NCBI GenBank assembly: GCA_022820545.1
Contig: JAJEFG010000108.1
Span: forward strand, 4,122 to 68,121
DNA from: Acidobacteriota bacterium
GTDB lineage: Bacteria > Acidobacteriota > Vicinamibacteria > Marinacidobacterales > Marinacidobacteraceae
DNA length: 64,000 nucleotides
Direction of reading: 5' to 3'
In this document: positions 27,976 to 37,823 of the stretch, one piece after another
Numbering within the stretch: position 1 is the stretch's first letter
Layout: every line of letters starts with the position of its first letter
The notes under the pieces: model-generated
What the model was told of the DNA's origin: nothing
Database searches by the model: none
The model's input: only the letters and a program-made list of their open reading frames with translations
Translations under genes and position numbers: made by a program

Positions 27976-30900
27976 ATGTTTCGGAGCACCCAGCCGCGCC
28001 TCCCGTGGCTCCTGCCGCTCGCGGCGGCCGTCGTCCTGTCGTCTGTCGGCGCCCGTACACAACAGCGGGAGGCGGACGCCGGGATGAGCCGCGGGGTGGC
28101 GCTGCTCGAGCAGTTCCGGTTCTCGGACGCCGCCGCCGAGTTCGCGCGGGTGGTGGAACTCCGGCCCGAGTCGGCGGCCGCCCACGTGAACCTGGGCATC
28201 GCCTGGTTCAACGAGCGTGATTTCCTCGCCGCCCGCGCTTCCTTCGCCCGGGCGCTCGATCTCGATCCCGAGGGGCTCCACGCCCAATACAACCTGGGTC
28301 TCATCGAGAAGCTCGAGGGCAACACCGAGGCGGCGCTCGCCGCCTTCCGGCAGGTCGCCGAAGCCGACCCCGACGATGCGATGACCCAGTACTACCTGGG
28401 CGCCGCCTTCGCCGCGGTCGGCCGCCTCGAGGAGGCGGAGGCCGCCCTGCGGACCGCGATCCAGCTTCAGCCCGAGCACGAGTCCGCGCACTTCAGTCTG
28501 GGGAACGTCCTCGTGCGCGCGGGCCGCCGGGAAGAGGGCCGCGCCCAGTTGATGCGGTTCCAGGAACTGAAGAACAGCTTTTCGGGGGGCGGGGTCTCCG
28601 CCGGGCTCCAGTACACCGAGCTCGGGCCGTATGCGGAAGCGGTCGAAGCGCGTCCGGTGTCGCTGCACGGCGGCCAGGACGAACCCGCATCGACGGGTCA
28701 GGTCCGTTTCTCCGAGGCCACCGGAGAATGGAATCTGGAGCTGCCGGCTGCCGGCGCGCCGCCCGATCTTCCCGGGGCGGTGAGGGCGGAGGACTACTCG
28801 GCCGACTGGGTGGCGGCGAACCTCCTGCCCCAGCTCGGCTCGGGCGTCGCGATCCGCGACCTGGACGCGGACGGCCGGCCGGAGATCGTCCTCGTTCGGG
28901 ACGGGAGCGTGGTCGTGTTCCGGAACACGGGCGCCGGTTTCGAGGCCTGGGAGGACACGGGGCTCGAAACGGACGGGGCGGTCGGCGTGACCCTCGGTGA
29001 CGTGGACCTCGACGGAGATCCGGACCTCTACGCGGCGGGAGCCGGCCCGAACGCGCTCTTTTGGAACCAGTCGGGTGAGGCTGGAGCGCTCTTCGCCCGG
29101 GCGGACGCCTCGGGCGCCGAGGGAGACGACCTTTCGGTGGGCGCCACTCTCGCCGACTTCGATCACGACGGCGACCTCGATATCCAGGTCTCCAACTACG
29201 CCCCCGCTTCGCTGGCGGGGCTCGACGCCGTCCCGGAGGTCCTCCGCGTTCCGGACGATCTTCCGGGGGCCCCGAACCGTCTCTACCGGAACAACGGGGA
29301 CGGCAGCTTCACGGACGTCGCCTCGGAGACCCGGACCGACGGCGGGGCGCGGCGCAGTCTCTTCGCGCTGTTCTCGGACTGGGACGACGACCGTGACGTG
29401 GACTTCCTGGTGATGAACGACGGCAGCCCGGTGCAGGTCTTCTCGAACGACCGCGTCGGAACGTTCACCGAGAGCGCGGAGGCCTGGGGCGTCGAGACGG
29501 CCAGGCGGATGCGGGGGGCAGCGGCCGCCGACTACGACCGGGACGGCTTCTTCGACCTGCTGCTCTCGGCCGAGGGAAGCGCGCTGAACCTGCTGCTCCG
29601 GGGATCCGGCCCCGACGGGTTCTCTCCGGACGTCGGGTCCCCCTTCCTGCTGCGCGCCGGCGTGCCGGGGGCGCGGTACGGGGTCTCGTTCGTCGATGCG
29701 GACCACGACCTGGATCTGGACCTCCTCCTGGCCACCTCCGGGGCCGACGGGCCCCTCACCCTCTATGAGAACTCCCCCGCCGGGTTCTCACGCGCCGGGG
29801 TGGTCCCCGCCGGCCTCGACGCCGGCGAGGAACCGCGGGCGCTCGCGACCGGGGACCTCGACGGTGACGGAGATCTCGACGCCGTGATCGGCACCACGCG
29901 GGGGCGCGTCTTCGCCTTCCGGAACGATCAGACGGGGGCCGGAAACTGGCTGGCGGTCAGCCCGCGGGGCCTCCGCAGCAATCTGGACGGGGTCGGCGCC
30001 AAGATCGAGGTGCGGGTCGCCGGGGTGAGCCAGCGCCGGCAGGTGCGGACCACGTCGGGATACCTCTCCCAGAGCGATCTTCCCGTCCACTTCGGGCTGG
30101 GGGACGCGGTCGCGGCCGACTACGTCCGCTTCCTCTGGCCGGGAGGGGTGAAGCAGGTCGAGCTGGACGTGCCGGCGCTGGCCGTGGCGTCGGTCGAGGA
30201 GCTGAACCGGAAGGGCACGTCCTGTCCCGTCCTCTACGCCTGGGACGGACAGCGGATCCGCTTCGTCACCGATTTCCTCGGCGGCAGCGCGCTCGGAAAC
30301 CTGCTCGCTCCCGGCACCTACAACGTCCCGGACACCGCCGAAGTCGTGAAGATGGAGGCGTTTCCGCTCGTGCCCCGGGACGGCGCCTACGAGATGCGCT
30401 GGGTGAACCAGCTCGAGGAGGTCATCTTCTACGACCGGGCGGCGCTCTGGGTGGTGGACCATCCGGAGGATGTGGACGTGTTCCCGCTCGAACGCCTGAT
30501 GCCGGGTCCCCCGTATCCCGACCCGGGACTGATCGCGGTCCGGAACCGGCGGGCTCCGTCCCGGGCGTCGTCCTCGACGGCCGCGGGGACGCGCGAGGTG
30601 ACCGCGGCGCTCGCCCGGGTGGACCGCGTCTATGTGGACGATTTCGCCCTCCTTCCCTTCAAGGGATATGCGGAGACGCACGACCTGACCCTCACGTTCG
30701 ACGGCGTGCGACCCGGCGTCCCCCAGGTCCTCCTCCTCTACGGCTGGGTGGACTACGCCGACTCGAGTTCCAACCTCGCCGCTTCCCACGCCGGGGTCGG
30801 AGCCCAGCCGCCGATCCTGGAGATCGCCGACGGCGACGGGTTCCGCCTCGCCACCGACCGGATGGGATTCCCGGCGGGCCTGCCCAAGACGATGGTGGTG

Positions 30901-31569
30901 CCCCTCGCGGATATCCCGGTCGAGACCGGGCGGCCGCTCAGGATCCGGACCAACATGCGGATCTACTGGGACCGGATCGAGCTTGCCGAGGTCGCCGACG
31001 TTCCGCTTCAGGAGTGGCGGCTCGATGCCCGGACGGCCGAGTTCGGCTTCGCGGGATATCCCGAACCCCATCGGCCCCGCGGGATCCCCCCCACCGAGTA
31101 CCGCTACGGGACCCGCGCGGCGCGGGACATCTGGGGCGCCCACGAGGGGGAGTACACGAGGTACGGGGACGTGCTGCCCCTCCTCCACGAGATCGACGAC
31201 CGCTACGTCATCGCCCGGCACGGAGACGAGCTGCGGCTCCGGTTCGACGCGCGGCAGGTCCCGCCGCGGCCCCCCGGGACCCGCCGTTCGTTCTTCGCGT
31301 TCGCCGACGGTTTCGGCAAGGACATGGACCTGAACTCCGCCCGGCCGCACACGATCGAGCCGCTGCCGTTCCACGGGATGCCGAGCTATCCGTATCCCCC
31401 GGACGCCTATCCGGACACCGAGGAGCTGGCGCGCTGGCGCGCCGAGTACAACACCCGGCGGATCGGCCCGGAGGGACGGCACGGGTTTCTCGACGACGGC
31501 GAACCGCCGATTGAAACGACCGGCGAGCCGGGTCGCGCCGCCGCGGGCCGGGAGCGGCGTCGCGAGTAG
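27976..31569 (+). CDS. large secreted TPR-repeat + FG-GAP/VCBS-repeat + ASPIC/UnbV-domain protein (CRTAC1 family)
   Basis: Internal ATG (MFRSTQPRLPWLLPLAAAVVLSS, a signal peptide). N-terminal TPR repeats (AAAHVNLGIAWF.., LHAQYNLGLIE.., AMTQYYLGAAF.., ESAHFSLGNVL..). Multiple 'DLDGDGDLD/DFDHDGDLD' FG-GAP-like calcium-binding repeats. The C-terminal region is typical of the ASPIC/UnbV domain. Confidence 0.75.
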   Translation: MFRSTQPRLPWLLPLAAAVVLSSVGARTQQREADAGMSRGVALLEQFRFSDAAAEFARVVELRPESAAAHVNLGIAWFNERDFLAARASFARALDLDPEGLHAQYNLGLIEKLEGNTEAALAAFRQVAEADPDDAMTQYYLGAAFAAVGRLEEAEAALRTAIQLQPEHESAHFSLGNVLVRAGRREEGRAQLMRFQELKNSFSGGGVSAGLQYTELGPYAEAVEARPVSLHGGQDEPASTGQVRFSEATGEWNLELPAAGAPPDLPGAVRAEDYSADWVAANLLPQLGSGVAIRDLDADGRPEIVLVRDGSVVVFRNTGAGFEAWEDTGLETDGAVGVTLGDVDLDGDPDLYAAGAGPNALFWNQSGEAGALFARADASGAEGDDLSVGATLADFDHDGDLDIQVSNYAPASLAGLDAVPEVLRVPDDLPGAPNRLYRNNGDGSFTDVASETRTDGGARRSLFALFSDWDDDRDVDFLVMNDGSPVQVFSNDRVGTFTESAEAWGVETARRMRGAAAADYDRDGFFDLLLSAEGSALNLLLRGSGPDGFSPDVGSPFLLRAGVPGARYGVSFVDADHDLDLDLLLATSGADGPLTLYENSPAGFSRAGVVPAGLDAGEEPRALATGDLDGDGDLDAVIGTTRGRVFAFRNDQTGAGNWLAVSPRGLRSNLDGVGAKIEVRVAGVSQRRQVRTTSGYLSQSDLPVHFGLGDAVAADYVRFLWPGGVKQVELDVPALAVASVEELNRKGTSCPVLYAWDGQRIRFVTDFLGGSALGNLLAPGTYNVPDTAEVVKMEAFPLVPRDGAYEMRWVNQLEEVIFYDRAALWVVDHPEDVDVFPLERLMPGPPYPDPGLIAVRNRRAPSRASSSTAAGTREVTAALARVDRVYVDDFALLPFKGYAETHDLTLTFDGVRPGVPQVLLLYGWVDYADSSSNLAASHAGVGAQPPILEIADGDGFRLATDRMGFPAGLPKTMVVPLADIPVETGRPLRIRTNMRIYWDRIELAEVADVPLQEWRLDARTAEFGFAGYPEPHRPRGIPPTEYRYGTRAARDIWGAHEGEYTRYGDVLPLLHEIDDRYVIARHGDELRLRFDARQVPPRPPGTRRSFFAFADGFGKDMDLNSARPHTIEPLPFHGMPSYPYPPDAYPDTEELARWRAEYNTRRIGPEGRHGFLDDGEPPIETTGEPGRAAAGRERRRE

Positions 31570-31571
31570 CC

Positions 31572-32045
31572 ATGCCCCGAGACACCCTGCGCGCCGAGCT
31601 CTACCGGTTGCTCTTCGACGACCGGCAGGGGGCGGCCGCGTTCCTGGCGCCGCGGATGCTCGCGGATCCGCAGTCGCTCACCCCTGAGGTGCGCTGGTGC
31701 CTGGTCTACCTGCTACGCGGGATCCGTTCGGTGGCGGCGAGCAGCCGCCTGCTGGAGCCGGACTCGGTGCTTCACCTGGTGGCGCACACGGTGGAAGCGG
31801 CGCGCCGGGCGACTGCCGGTGTCGATGGGCACTGGTACGAGATCGCGAGAGAACTGCCGGGCCACTGGTTGCGGCGCTACGAGCGGGGAGAGGTCCGGTA
31901 CTCGCTGGACGAACTCCGCTACCTGAACGTGCTGCTCGCCCGGTTGTGGTCCGTGGAGCGGCAGCGGATCGCCTACATGGACCCGCCGTTGCTCCCCCGC
32001 TACCTGCGCCCCGAAGGGCAGGCGGCGATGCTCCAGGCGGGGTGA
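31572..32045 (+). CDS. hypothetical protein (157 aa), starts 3 bp after the CRTAC1-family gene
   Basis: ORF with ATG immediately after the upstream stop and the same orientation; no recognisable motif. Confidence 0.4.
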   Translation: MPRDTLRAELYRLLFDDRQGAAAFLAPRMLADPQSLTPEVRWCLVYLLRGIRSVAASSRLLEPDSVLHLVAHTVEAARRATAGVDGHWYEIARELPGHWLRRYERGEVRYSLDELRYLNVLLARLWSVERQRIAYMDPPLLPRYLRPEGQAAMLQAG

Positions 32046-32058
32046 ACCCGCAGAGAGG

Positions 32059-33156
32059 CTAGAAGCCCCCTTCGCAGACCCCGTCCTCGATGTCGAGGAT
32101 CATGTCCTCGACGTCCGCGGCCCGCGAGTCGCCCCCGGCCAGGCGCATGAACGCCCGGAAGTAACGCTCCGCGGTGCTGCACTGGCCGCGATTGAAGGCG
32201 ATCACACCCAGCGAGTAGTTCGCATCCCGGGCGTTCGGGTTGTTGGGATCCGCCGCGAGCGCCGCGCCGTAGTGGCGCATCATGCCGTTCTCGTCGGTGC
32301 TGCGTCCCGCGATGAACCCGAGCATCCAGTGGACCTCGGTGGCGTACTGCCCTTCCGGTTCCGCTTCGAGATACTTGCTCAGCCGCTCGGCGGCCGAGTC
32401 GAACTCCTGGGCGTTGTAGGCGAGCTGGCCGGCCAGGAAGAGAACCTGCGGCAACTGCGGGATGTCCGGGTTCAGGGCGATCACGGCCGCGAAGGACTCT
32501 TCGGCGCCCGCGTCGTCGTCCTCCTGGAGTAGCGCGTATCCAAGCCGGAAATGCGCTTCCGCGTCGCTGGGGTTGGCTTCGGCCATTTCGCGGAGCAGGG
32601 GAATCGCTGCCGCCCGGTCACCCATTTCGCTCTTGGCGATCGCGACGGTGCGCCGGGCGATGGCGATCTGCTCGCCGAGTTGGGCCGCCATCCCCGGATT
32701 CGCATCGACGGCCGAGAGGAACTCCTCGAAGGAACCGATGGCTGCCTCCTGGTCTCCGGTTCCCTGATGGGCGAAACCGAGGAAGAGATGGGCAACGAAG
32801 AAGTCGGGAGCGACCGCGAGGATCGCCGGGCAGGCGGTGAGGGTGGTGTCCCAGGCCCCCGCCTGCGCCGACTCCATGCACTGCTGCTGGTTCTGGTAGT
32901 TGATCGTGGTGTGGGCGTAGTCCACGTTCTCCTTGTAGAACTCGTACGAAGGATGGCTCTCGTCGTGTGCGGAGAGCAGCGGTTCGCAGGCCGCGATCAC
33001 GTCTTCCCAGACCTGACTCTCGATGGCGGCCTCGCACACTTCGTCCGGATCCTCCTGGAGAAGCGCGTGTGGGAGGGCCGCGGAGAGCGCGAGCCCTGGG
33101 AAGGCGAGGGTCGCAACGAGCAGAAGCGGGATTCCGATGTTGCTCCGGAGTGACAT
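32059..33156 (-). CDS. secreted TPR-repeat protein, paralog 1 of a tandem triplet
   Basis: Signal peptide MSLRSNIGIPLLLVATLAFPGLALSAA. TPR-like motifs (AEAHFRLGYALL, AQLAYNAQEFDSA, ANYSLGVIAFN). C-terminus ends CEGGF. SD GAGGAGG upstream. Confidence 0.7.
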   Translation of the reverse strand: MSLRSNIGIPLLLVATLAFPGLALSAALPHALLQEDPDEVCEAAIESQVWEDVIAACEPLLSAHDESHPSYEFYKENVDYAHTTINYQNQQQCMESAQAGAWDTTLTACPAILAVAPDFFVAHLFLGFAHQGTGDQEAAIGSFEEFLSAVDANPGMAAQLGEQIAIARRTVAIAKSEMGDRAAAIPLLREMAEANPSDAEAHFRLGYALLQEDDDAGAEESFAAVIALNPDIPQLPQVLFLAGQLAYNAQEFDSAAERLSKYLEAEPEGQYATEVHWMLGFIAGRSTDENGMMRHYGAALAADPNNPNARDANYSLGVIAFNRGQCSTAERYFRAFMRLAGGDSRAADVEDMILDIEDGVCEGGF

Positions 33157-33368
33157 GACAGAACCTCCTCGAGGGCGGGTAGGGCGCTACGGCCGGCGAA
33201 AGCCGGCCAAACCCCCAGAGTCCCCGTCCCCATTACGGGAACGAAGCAGCCTAGCACAGGCAACGAATGGTGGTGTAAAGGCGAATACGGACATGGAACA
33301 GCGAACGGCTACTGCGGATTCGGAGCCCGTGAGGAAGGCTTCGGACGGGACCGTGCGGGTCGTCAGCC

Positions 33369-34424
33369 TCAGCCGCCCTCGCAGCCACCCTCCGCGATCG
33401 ACGCGAGGATCTCGGTCACCTGGGCGGCGTTCGCGTGGTCGGGCGCCAGCTCCATGAACGTCTGGTAGTGCGTCTCGGCGTTTCCGCAGTCGTCGCGGTT
33501 GTAGAAGATGGTGCCGAGGGCGAAGTTGGCGTCCACGATCCGCGGATCCCCCGCCGCCGACCCGGACAGGAAGCCCTGGTAGTGGGTGACGGCGCGGTCC
33601 TCGTCCGAGCCCTGGAGCGCCTGCGCCAGCATGAAGTGGGCGTCCGGGACGCCCCGGTCGCCTCCGGCGTTGGCCAGGTAGGCGGTCAGCCGGGTATCGG
33701 CCCTGGCGTAGTCGCCGGCGTTGTAGTTGAGCTGTCCGGCCAGGAACAGAACGCTGGCGATCGGGTTCGGGGCGTTGTCGATCACGACCGAAAACGCCCG
33801 CTCGGCGCCCGCGCTGTCGCCCGTCGACAGGAGGGCGACGGCCAGCCGGTAGTGGACCTCAACGTCGGTCCCGTTCGCTCGGCCAGCCGCCTGCAGCAGG
33901 GGAATGGCGTCCTGCATCGCGCCCGCCCGCGCGTACGCGATCCCGCCGGAGCGCTGGGCGGTGGCCACCTGGTCCGAGAGCTGCGACGCCGCCTCCGAGT
34001 TTCCCCGGACCCCGTCCAGGAAGGCGGTGAAGTTGACCGCGGTGTTCGCCCAGTCCTCTTTCGTCTGGTGGGCGACGCCGAGGAAGTAGTTCATGATGAA
34101 CGCGCCGGGGTTCGCCTCGACCGCCATCTGGCAGTAGGCGATCACGCTGTCCCACTGCTGGGCCTCGAACGCCGGCTGGCACTGGAGGCTGTAGGCGTAG
34201 TTCACGGTCTGCGCCCAGTGGGCGTAGTACGGATGGTCCTCGGGAAGCACCTCGAGCACCTCGGGGCAGGCCGCGAGGACCTGTTCGTAGTTGGCGCCGT
34301 CCACCGCCTGCATGCAGGCGGCGGCCTTCTGCGGGTCCACATCCTGGGCCGTCGCCTCCTGGGCGCTTCCCATGAGGACGCCGAACGCGGCAACAACGGA
34401 CAGGGCGAGGAATCGGGTAGGCAT
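33369..34424 (-). CDS. secreted TPR-repeat protein, paralog 2
   Basis: Internal ATG with AAGGAG SD; signal peptide MPTRFLALSVVAAFGVLMGSAQEATA. Clear similarity to paralog 1 along its whole length (e.g. ...CQMAVEANPGAF..NYFLGVAHQ.., ..VEVHYRLAVALL.., ..ANFALGTIFYNRDDCGNAETHYQTFMELA.., C-terminal CEGG). Confidence 0.7.
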   Translation of the reverse strand: MPTRFLALSVVAAFGVLMGSAQEATAQDVDPQKAAACMQAVDGANYEQVLAACPEVLEVLPEDHPYYAHWAQTVNYAYSLQCQPAFEAQQWDSVIAYCQMAVEANPGAFIMNYFLGVAHQTKEDWANTAVNFTAFLDGVRGNSEAASQLSDQVATAQRSGGIAYARAGAMQDAIPLLQAAGRANGTDVEVHYRLAVALLSTGDSAGAERAFSVVIDNAPNPIASVLFLAGQLNYNAGDYARADTRLTAYLANAGGDRGVPDAHFMLAQALQGSDEDRAVTHYQGFLSGSAAGDPRIVDANFALGTIFYNRDDCGNAETHYQTFMELAPDHANAAQVTEILASIAEGGCEGG

Positions 34425-34510
34425 GACGAATGTCTCCTTGACGGGATGACCGGACGCCCCGTGGCGCGCACTTGGAATAGGGCGGTCGCGGCCCGTGCGA
34501 ACGGGGGAAA

Positions 34511-35479
34511 CTAGCATAGCCCTTGGGAATTGGGCGAATTCCCGGCGGGAGCCGGACAGGGTGCGAAACCCTCCTCCAGGTAGCGCCGGACCTCGGACGC
34601 GCGTTCGTGGTCCGGCGCAATCCGCAGGAAGTCCTCGTAGTGCCGGCGGGCCTGATCGCACTCCTCCCGGTCGGCCGCGATGGTGCCGAGGAAGTAGTGC
34701 GCGACCGCCGCGCGGGGACTGTCCGGTTCGGCCTCCAGGAGCGCGGCGAAGTGGCCCCGCGCCTCGTCGGCGGCGCCGGGGTCCGCGGTCTCGGACTCCG
34801 AGCTGCGCAGGGCGATGGACCCGGCCATCCAGTGGGCGTCGGCGGCAAAGGGGCCGGCCGGCGCCGCTTCCAGGTAGCGGCCGAGGTGAGCGCCCGCCGC
34901 TTCGTAGTCCCCCGCGTCGTAGCGGAGTTGCCCGGCGAAGAAGAGCGCCTGGCTGATCTGGGGGGCTTCCCGGATCACGACGGCAAAGGCCGCCTCCGCC
35001 CCTTCACCGTCACCCCGCTGCATCAGGCCGACCCCGAGGAAGAAGTGAACTTCGGCGTCGGCCGGATCCGCTTCGGCGGTCCTCCGGAGGAGTGGGAGTG
35101 CGGTCTCGGGGTCTCCGCCGCGAAACCACGCCAGCCCGGCGCTCCGCGCCGCGATCCCGAGTTGCTCGTCCGGTCGCGGAGCGTCTTCGGGCAGCGCCTC
35201 CGCGGCGGTGAGGAAGGACTCGAACGCGGCTCCGGCCTTCGTCCATTCCTGCCTCGCCTGGTAGGCGAAACCCAGGAAGTAGTGGATGCCGTAGGTGTCG
35301 GGGGCCTCGCGGATCGCTTCCTCGCAGCGGGTGACGGCGGCGTCCCAGTCGGACGCCTGCGCGGCCGCCTCGCATTCCGAAACGGCGTCCGCGCCCTGCT
35401 GCGCCGGCAGCGCGAACAGGGGACCGGCGGCGAGCAGGCAGGCGGCGCTCCAGCCGGGCCTACCCGGCGCGCGATTCAC
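34511..35479 (-). CDS. secreted TPR-repeat protein, paralog 3
   Basis: Signal peptide MNRAPGRPGWSAACLLAAGPLFALPAQQ; TPR motifs (YGIHYFLGFAYQ, AEVHFFLGVGLM, AVAHYFLGTIAADREECDQARRHYEDFLRIAPD); homologous to paralogs 1 and 2. Confidence 0.7.
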   Translation of the reverse strand: MNRAPGRPGWSAACLLAAGPLFALPAQQGADAVSECEAAAQASDWDAAVTRCEEAIREAPDTYGIHYFLGFAYQARQEWTKAGAAFESFLTAAEALPEDAPRPDEQLGIAARSAGLAWFRGGDPETALPLLRRTAEADPADAEVHFFLGVGLMQRGDGEGAEAAFAVVIREAPQISQALFFAGQLRYDAGDYEAAGAHLGRYLEAAPAGPFAADAHWMAGSIALRSSESETADPGAADEARGHFAALLEAEPDSPRAAVAHYFLGTIAADREECDQARRHYEDFLRIAPDHERASEVRRYLEEGFAPCPAPAGNSPNSQGLC

Positions 35480-35804
35480 TGGAGGACGAGGAGGTCTTCG
35501 CGCCGCTCGTCGCTGCCGGCGTGGCTCCCGAACTCTCCTTCGCCTTTGTCTTTCCGGAGTCCGGTTTCTCCGGTCCGCCCTTCGCCCCCGACCCGTTCTT
35601 CCCGTTCGCAGCCTTGTCGCCGGACTTCCTCGCGTAGTCGGTCACGTACCAGCCGCTCCCCAGGAACTGGATGGCCGGGCTGGAGACGATCCGGTGGGCG
35701 GCTCCCCCGCAGTGCCGGCAGGCATCGAGCGGCTCGTCGCTGATGCGCTGGATGGCCTCGAACACCTGCTCGCAGTCGTCGCAGCGATATTCGTAGATGG
35801 GCAT
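35460..35804 (-). CDS. FmdB-family zinc-ribbon regulatory protein with Gly/Ser/Lys-rich C-terminal tail
   Basis: 'MPIYEYRCDDCEQVFE...CRHCGG' has two CxxC pairs (Zn ribbon), typical of the FmdB/YhfH family. Its 3' end overlaps the start of TPR paralog 3 by about 20 bp. Confidence 0.7.
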   Translation of the reverse strand: MPIYEYRCDDCEQVFEAIQRISDEPLDACRHCGGAAHRIVSSPAIQFLGSGWYVTDYARKSGDKAANGKNGSGAKGGPEKPDSGKTKAKESSGATPAATSGAKTSSSSSESRAG

Positions 35805-35864
35805 GGGCTCTCCGAGCGTCGGCGCGGGGAGTGTAGCGAAGAAACGCGCGCCTCTTGTCCACCC

Positions 35865-37439
35865 CTAACGCCGCAGAGGCGGGGTGGTTGGCGGCGGATT
35901 CCGGTGGCCGGTCGCCTGCTCGTAAGCGAACGAGATGCGGAACAGCGCGCCCTCGCCGAGGGCGTTCCCGAGAAGTTGCAGGCCGCCCGGGAGCCCTGAC
36001 GGGGTAAAGCCCATGGGAACGGTGACCGCCGGAAACCCGGTGGGAGGGGAGAGCTGGGGCGAGTTGTTTCCGTCGGGCGTGGTCAGGTCGCCCAGGAGGC
36101 GCGGGGGGTTGCTCCAAGTGGGGAAGGCGAGCGCGTCGAGGTCCTGATCCTCGAACAGGCCCCCGACCTCGGCCCGGAGTTCCCCGGCGCGCCGGTTCGC
36201 TTCGGCGCAGACGTCCTCCGGCTCGCCCTCCACTTCAAGGGCGGTTTCGAGGCGCGGCCGGATCGACGGGTGGAAGTCGCCGCCCTCCACCAGCTCCTCG
36301 AGCGTCGTCACCGGAGCGTTCGGTCCGAGGCTTGCCAGGTAGGCCTCGAGCTGGGCGCGGAAGGGGTTGCACCACAGCGATCCCTCGGCTTCGAGCCCTT
36401 CGATCCGCACCGGATCCACGACGGTGACCCCCAGCCCCTCGAGGTCGGCGAGGGCCGCCTCGAAGAGCGCTCCGATGTCGGGGTCCGCGGTTTCGGTGTC
36501 GCTGAGTTGCCGGACGACGCCGATCCGGAAGCCGGTGAGCGGTCCCGCGTCGAGGTACCGGAGATAGTCGCCCTCGCGCTCGAACCCCTCCGTGGCGTCG
36601 TCGGCCGGGTCCGGCCCCGCCAGGACGTCGAAGACCCGCACGCCGTCTTCGACGGTGCGCGCCATCGGGCCGCCGATGTCCCGGAACAGGTTGAGCGGCA
36701 CGATCCCGTCCCGGCTCGTCAGGCCCATCGTCGACCGGATCCCGAAGAGGGCGTTGTGGGACGAAGGCCCGCGGATGGAGTTGCCGGTGTCCGTCCCGAG
36801 GCCGACGGCCCCGAAGCTCGCGGCCACGGCTGCCCCGGTGCCTCCCGAGGACCCGGCCGGCACCCGGTAGGGGTCGTAGGGGTTCCTGACGTGACCCGGA
36901 ATGACGGAGCCGAGGCTCTGATAGGCGCTGAAGGCGAACTCGGCCATGTGGGACTTGGCGAGCACGATGGCGCCCGCTTCGCGGATCCGCTGCACCTGGA
37001 AGGCGTCATCGGGCGGGATCGAGTCCGCGAGCGACGCCGACCCGGCGCTCGTGGGGAGGTCCGCGGTGTCGTAGTTGTCCTTCACGATCATCGGGACGCA
37101 CTCGAGCGGCCGGTCCGGGTCGAGCCCGGAACCCGCGAGACGCTCGTCGGCTTCCGCGGCCCGCTCCATCGCCTGCGGATTGACCGTGACGATCGCGTGG
37201 AGGGCCGGGCCCTCGCGGTCGTAGGCCTCGATCCGGGCCAGGTACGCCGCGACCAGTTCCGCGCAGGTGAAGTCGCCAGCCTGCAGGCCCTGATGGATCC
37301 CGGCGATATCGAGTTCCACCACGTCGAGCCCGCCCACCGCTTCCGGCGCCGGAGCGCCGCAGCCGGCCGCACCGCAGGCCGCGACCAGCGCCAGTGCGAT
37401 CCTGTTTCCTCTTCCGAGAGTCCCCGCTGTACCAGCCAT
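35865..37439 (-). CDS. amidase (amidase-signature family), lipoprotein/secreted, paralog of 22084..23703
   Basis: 'GVPMIVKDNYDTADLPTSAGS...' and 'GGSSGGTGAAVAASFGAVGLGTDTGNSIRGPS' AS signature; N-terminus 'MAGTAGTLGRGNRIALALVAACGAAGCG' (lipobox). Confidence 0.8.
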   Translation of the reverse strand: MAGTAGTLGRGNRIALALVAACGAAGCGAPAPEAVGGLDVVELDIAGIHQGLQAGDFTCAELVAAYLARIEAYDREGPALHAIVTVNPQAMERAAEADERLAGSGLDPDRPLECVPMIVKDNYDTADLPTSAGSASLADSIPPDDAFQVQRIREAGAIVLAKSHMAEFAFSAYQSLGSVIPGHVRNPYDPYRVPAGSSGGTGAAVAASFGAVGLGTDTGNSIRGPSSHNALFGIRSTMGLTSRDGIVPLNLFRDIGGPMARTVEDGVRVFDVLAGPDPADDATEGFEREGDYLRYLDAGPLTGFRIGVVRQLSDTETADPDIGALFEAALADLEGLGVTVVDPVRIEGLEAEGSLWCNPFRAQLEAYLASLGPNAPVTTLEELVEGGDFHPSIRPRLETALEVEGEPEDVCAEANRRAGELRAEVGGLFEDQDLDALAFPTWSNPPRLLGDLTTPDGNNSPQLSPPTGFPAVTVPMGFTPSGLPGGLQLLGNALGEGALFRISFAYEQATGHRNPPPTTPPLRR

Positions 37440-37581
37440 GACCCGATTCTATGCGTCCACTGCCCTCGGGCCCCGGGAGCCGGGCTCGGCAGCGAACGGC
37501 TGAGGAAGGCGCCGCCGGCGCCGCCTGGCCCCGGGATGGCGGATGCGGTTTGCCGGATTCCTTCGTTACAATCCCGCGCCC

Positions 37582-37686
37582 ATGACGCTCAGCGAGTCAG
37601 CCCGGTCGCACCATTCACGGCAATGGCTGTGGCGATGGCGATTTTGCATCAGGCCGGGCTCGTCTCGCGTCCGTTCGATCCACTGA
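37582..37686 (+). CDS. trpL: candidate trp operon leader peptide (34 aa) with three Trp codons
   Basis: ATG (37582) to TGA (37684-37686): MTLSESARSHHSRQWLWRWRFCIRPGSSRVRSIH. TGG codons at about 37624, 37630 and 37636 (W-L-W-R-W). Located 138 nt upstream of trpD. A -10-like TACAAT sits 10 nt upstream of the ATG (possible leaderless start); no SD. Confidence 0.5.
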   Translation: MTLSESARSHHSRQWLWRWRFCIRPGSSRVRSIH

Positions 37687-37823
37687 TTGCGGCGGGAGGC
37701 GGCCCGACCCGGGACGCCTCCGGACGACGGCGCGAGAGGGTGCTTCAGGGCGCCCGCCAAGGCTTCGAGGTTCCCGGTTCGGGACGCGCTGACCGTCACC
37801 CACCCCACCAAGGAGCCACCCCC
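37687..37823 (+). promoter_or_regulatory. candidate attenuator region between the leader peptide and trpD (alternative GC hairpins)
   Basis: Segments ggcgggaggcg / cgcctccgg / ggcgcccgcc can pair 1:2 (GGAGGCG...CGCCUCC) or 1:3 (GGCGGG...CCCGCC). No U-tract follows, as is common in high-GC attenuators. SD AAGGAG at 37810 precedes the trpD GTG. Confidence 0.35.

Noticed and set aside
27802-29706. 634-aa minus-strand ORF and the N-terminal extension (27832) of the CRTAC1-family ORF
   Set aside because: - The minus ORF is antisense to the TPR/FG-GAP gene.
- The + ORF extension before the MFRSTQP signal peptide overlaps the ABC-F gene start and lacks an SD or promoter; the internal ATG is preferred.
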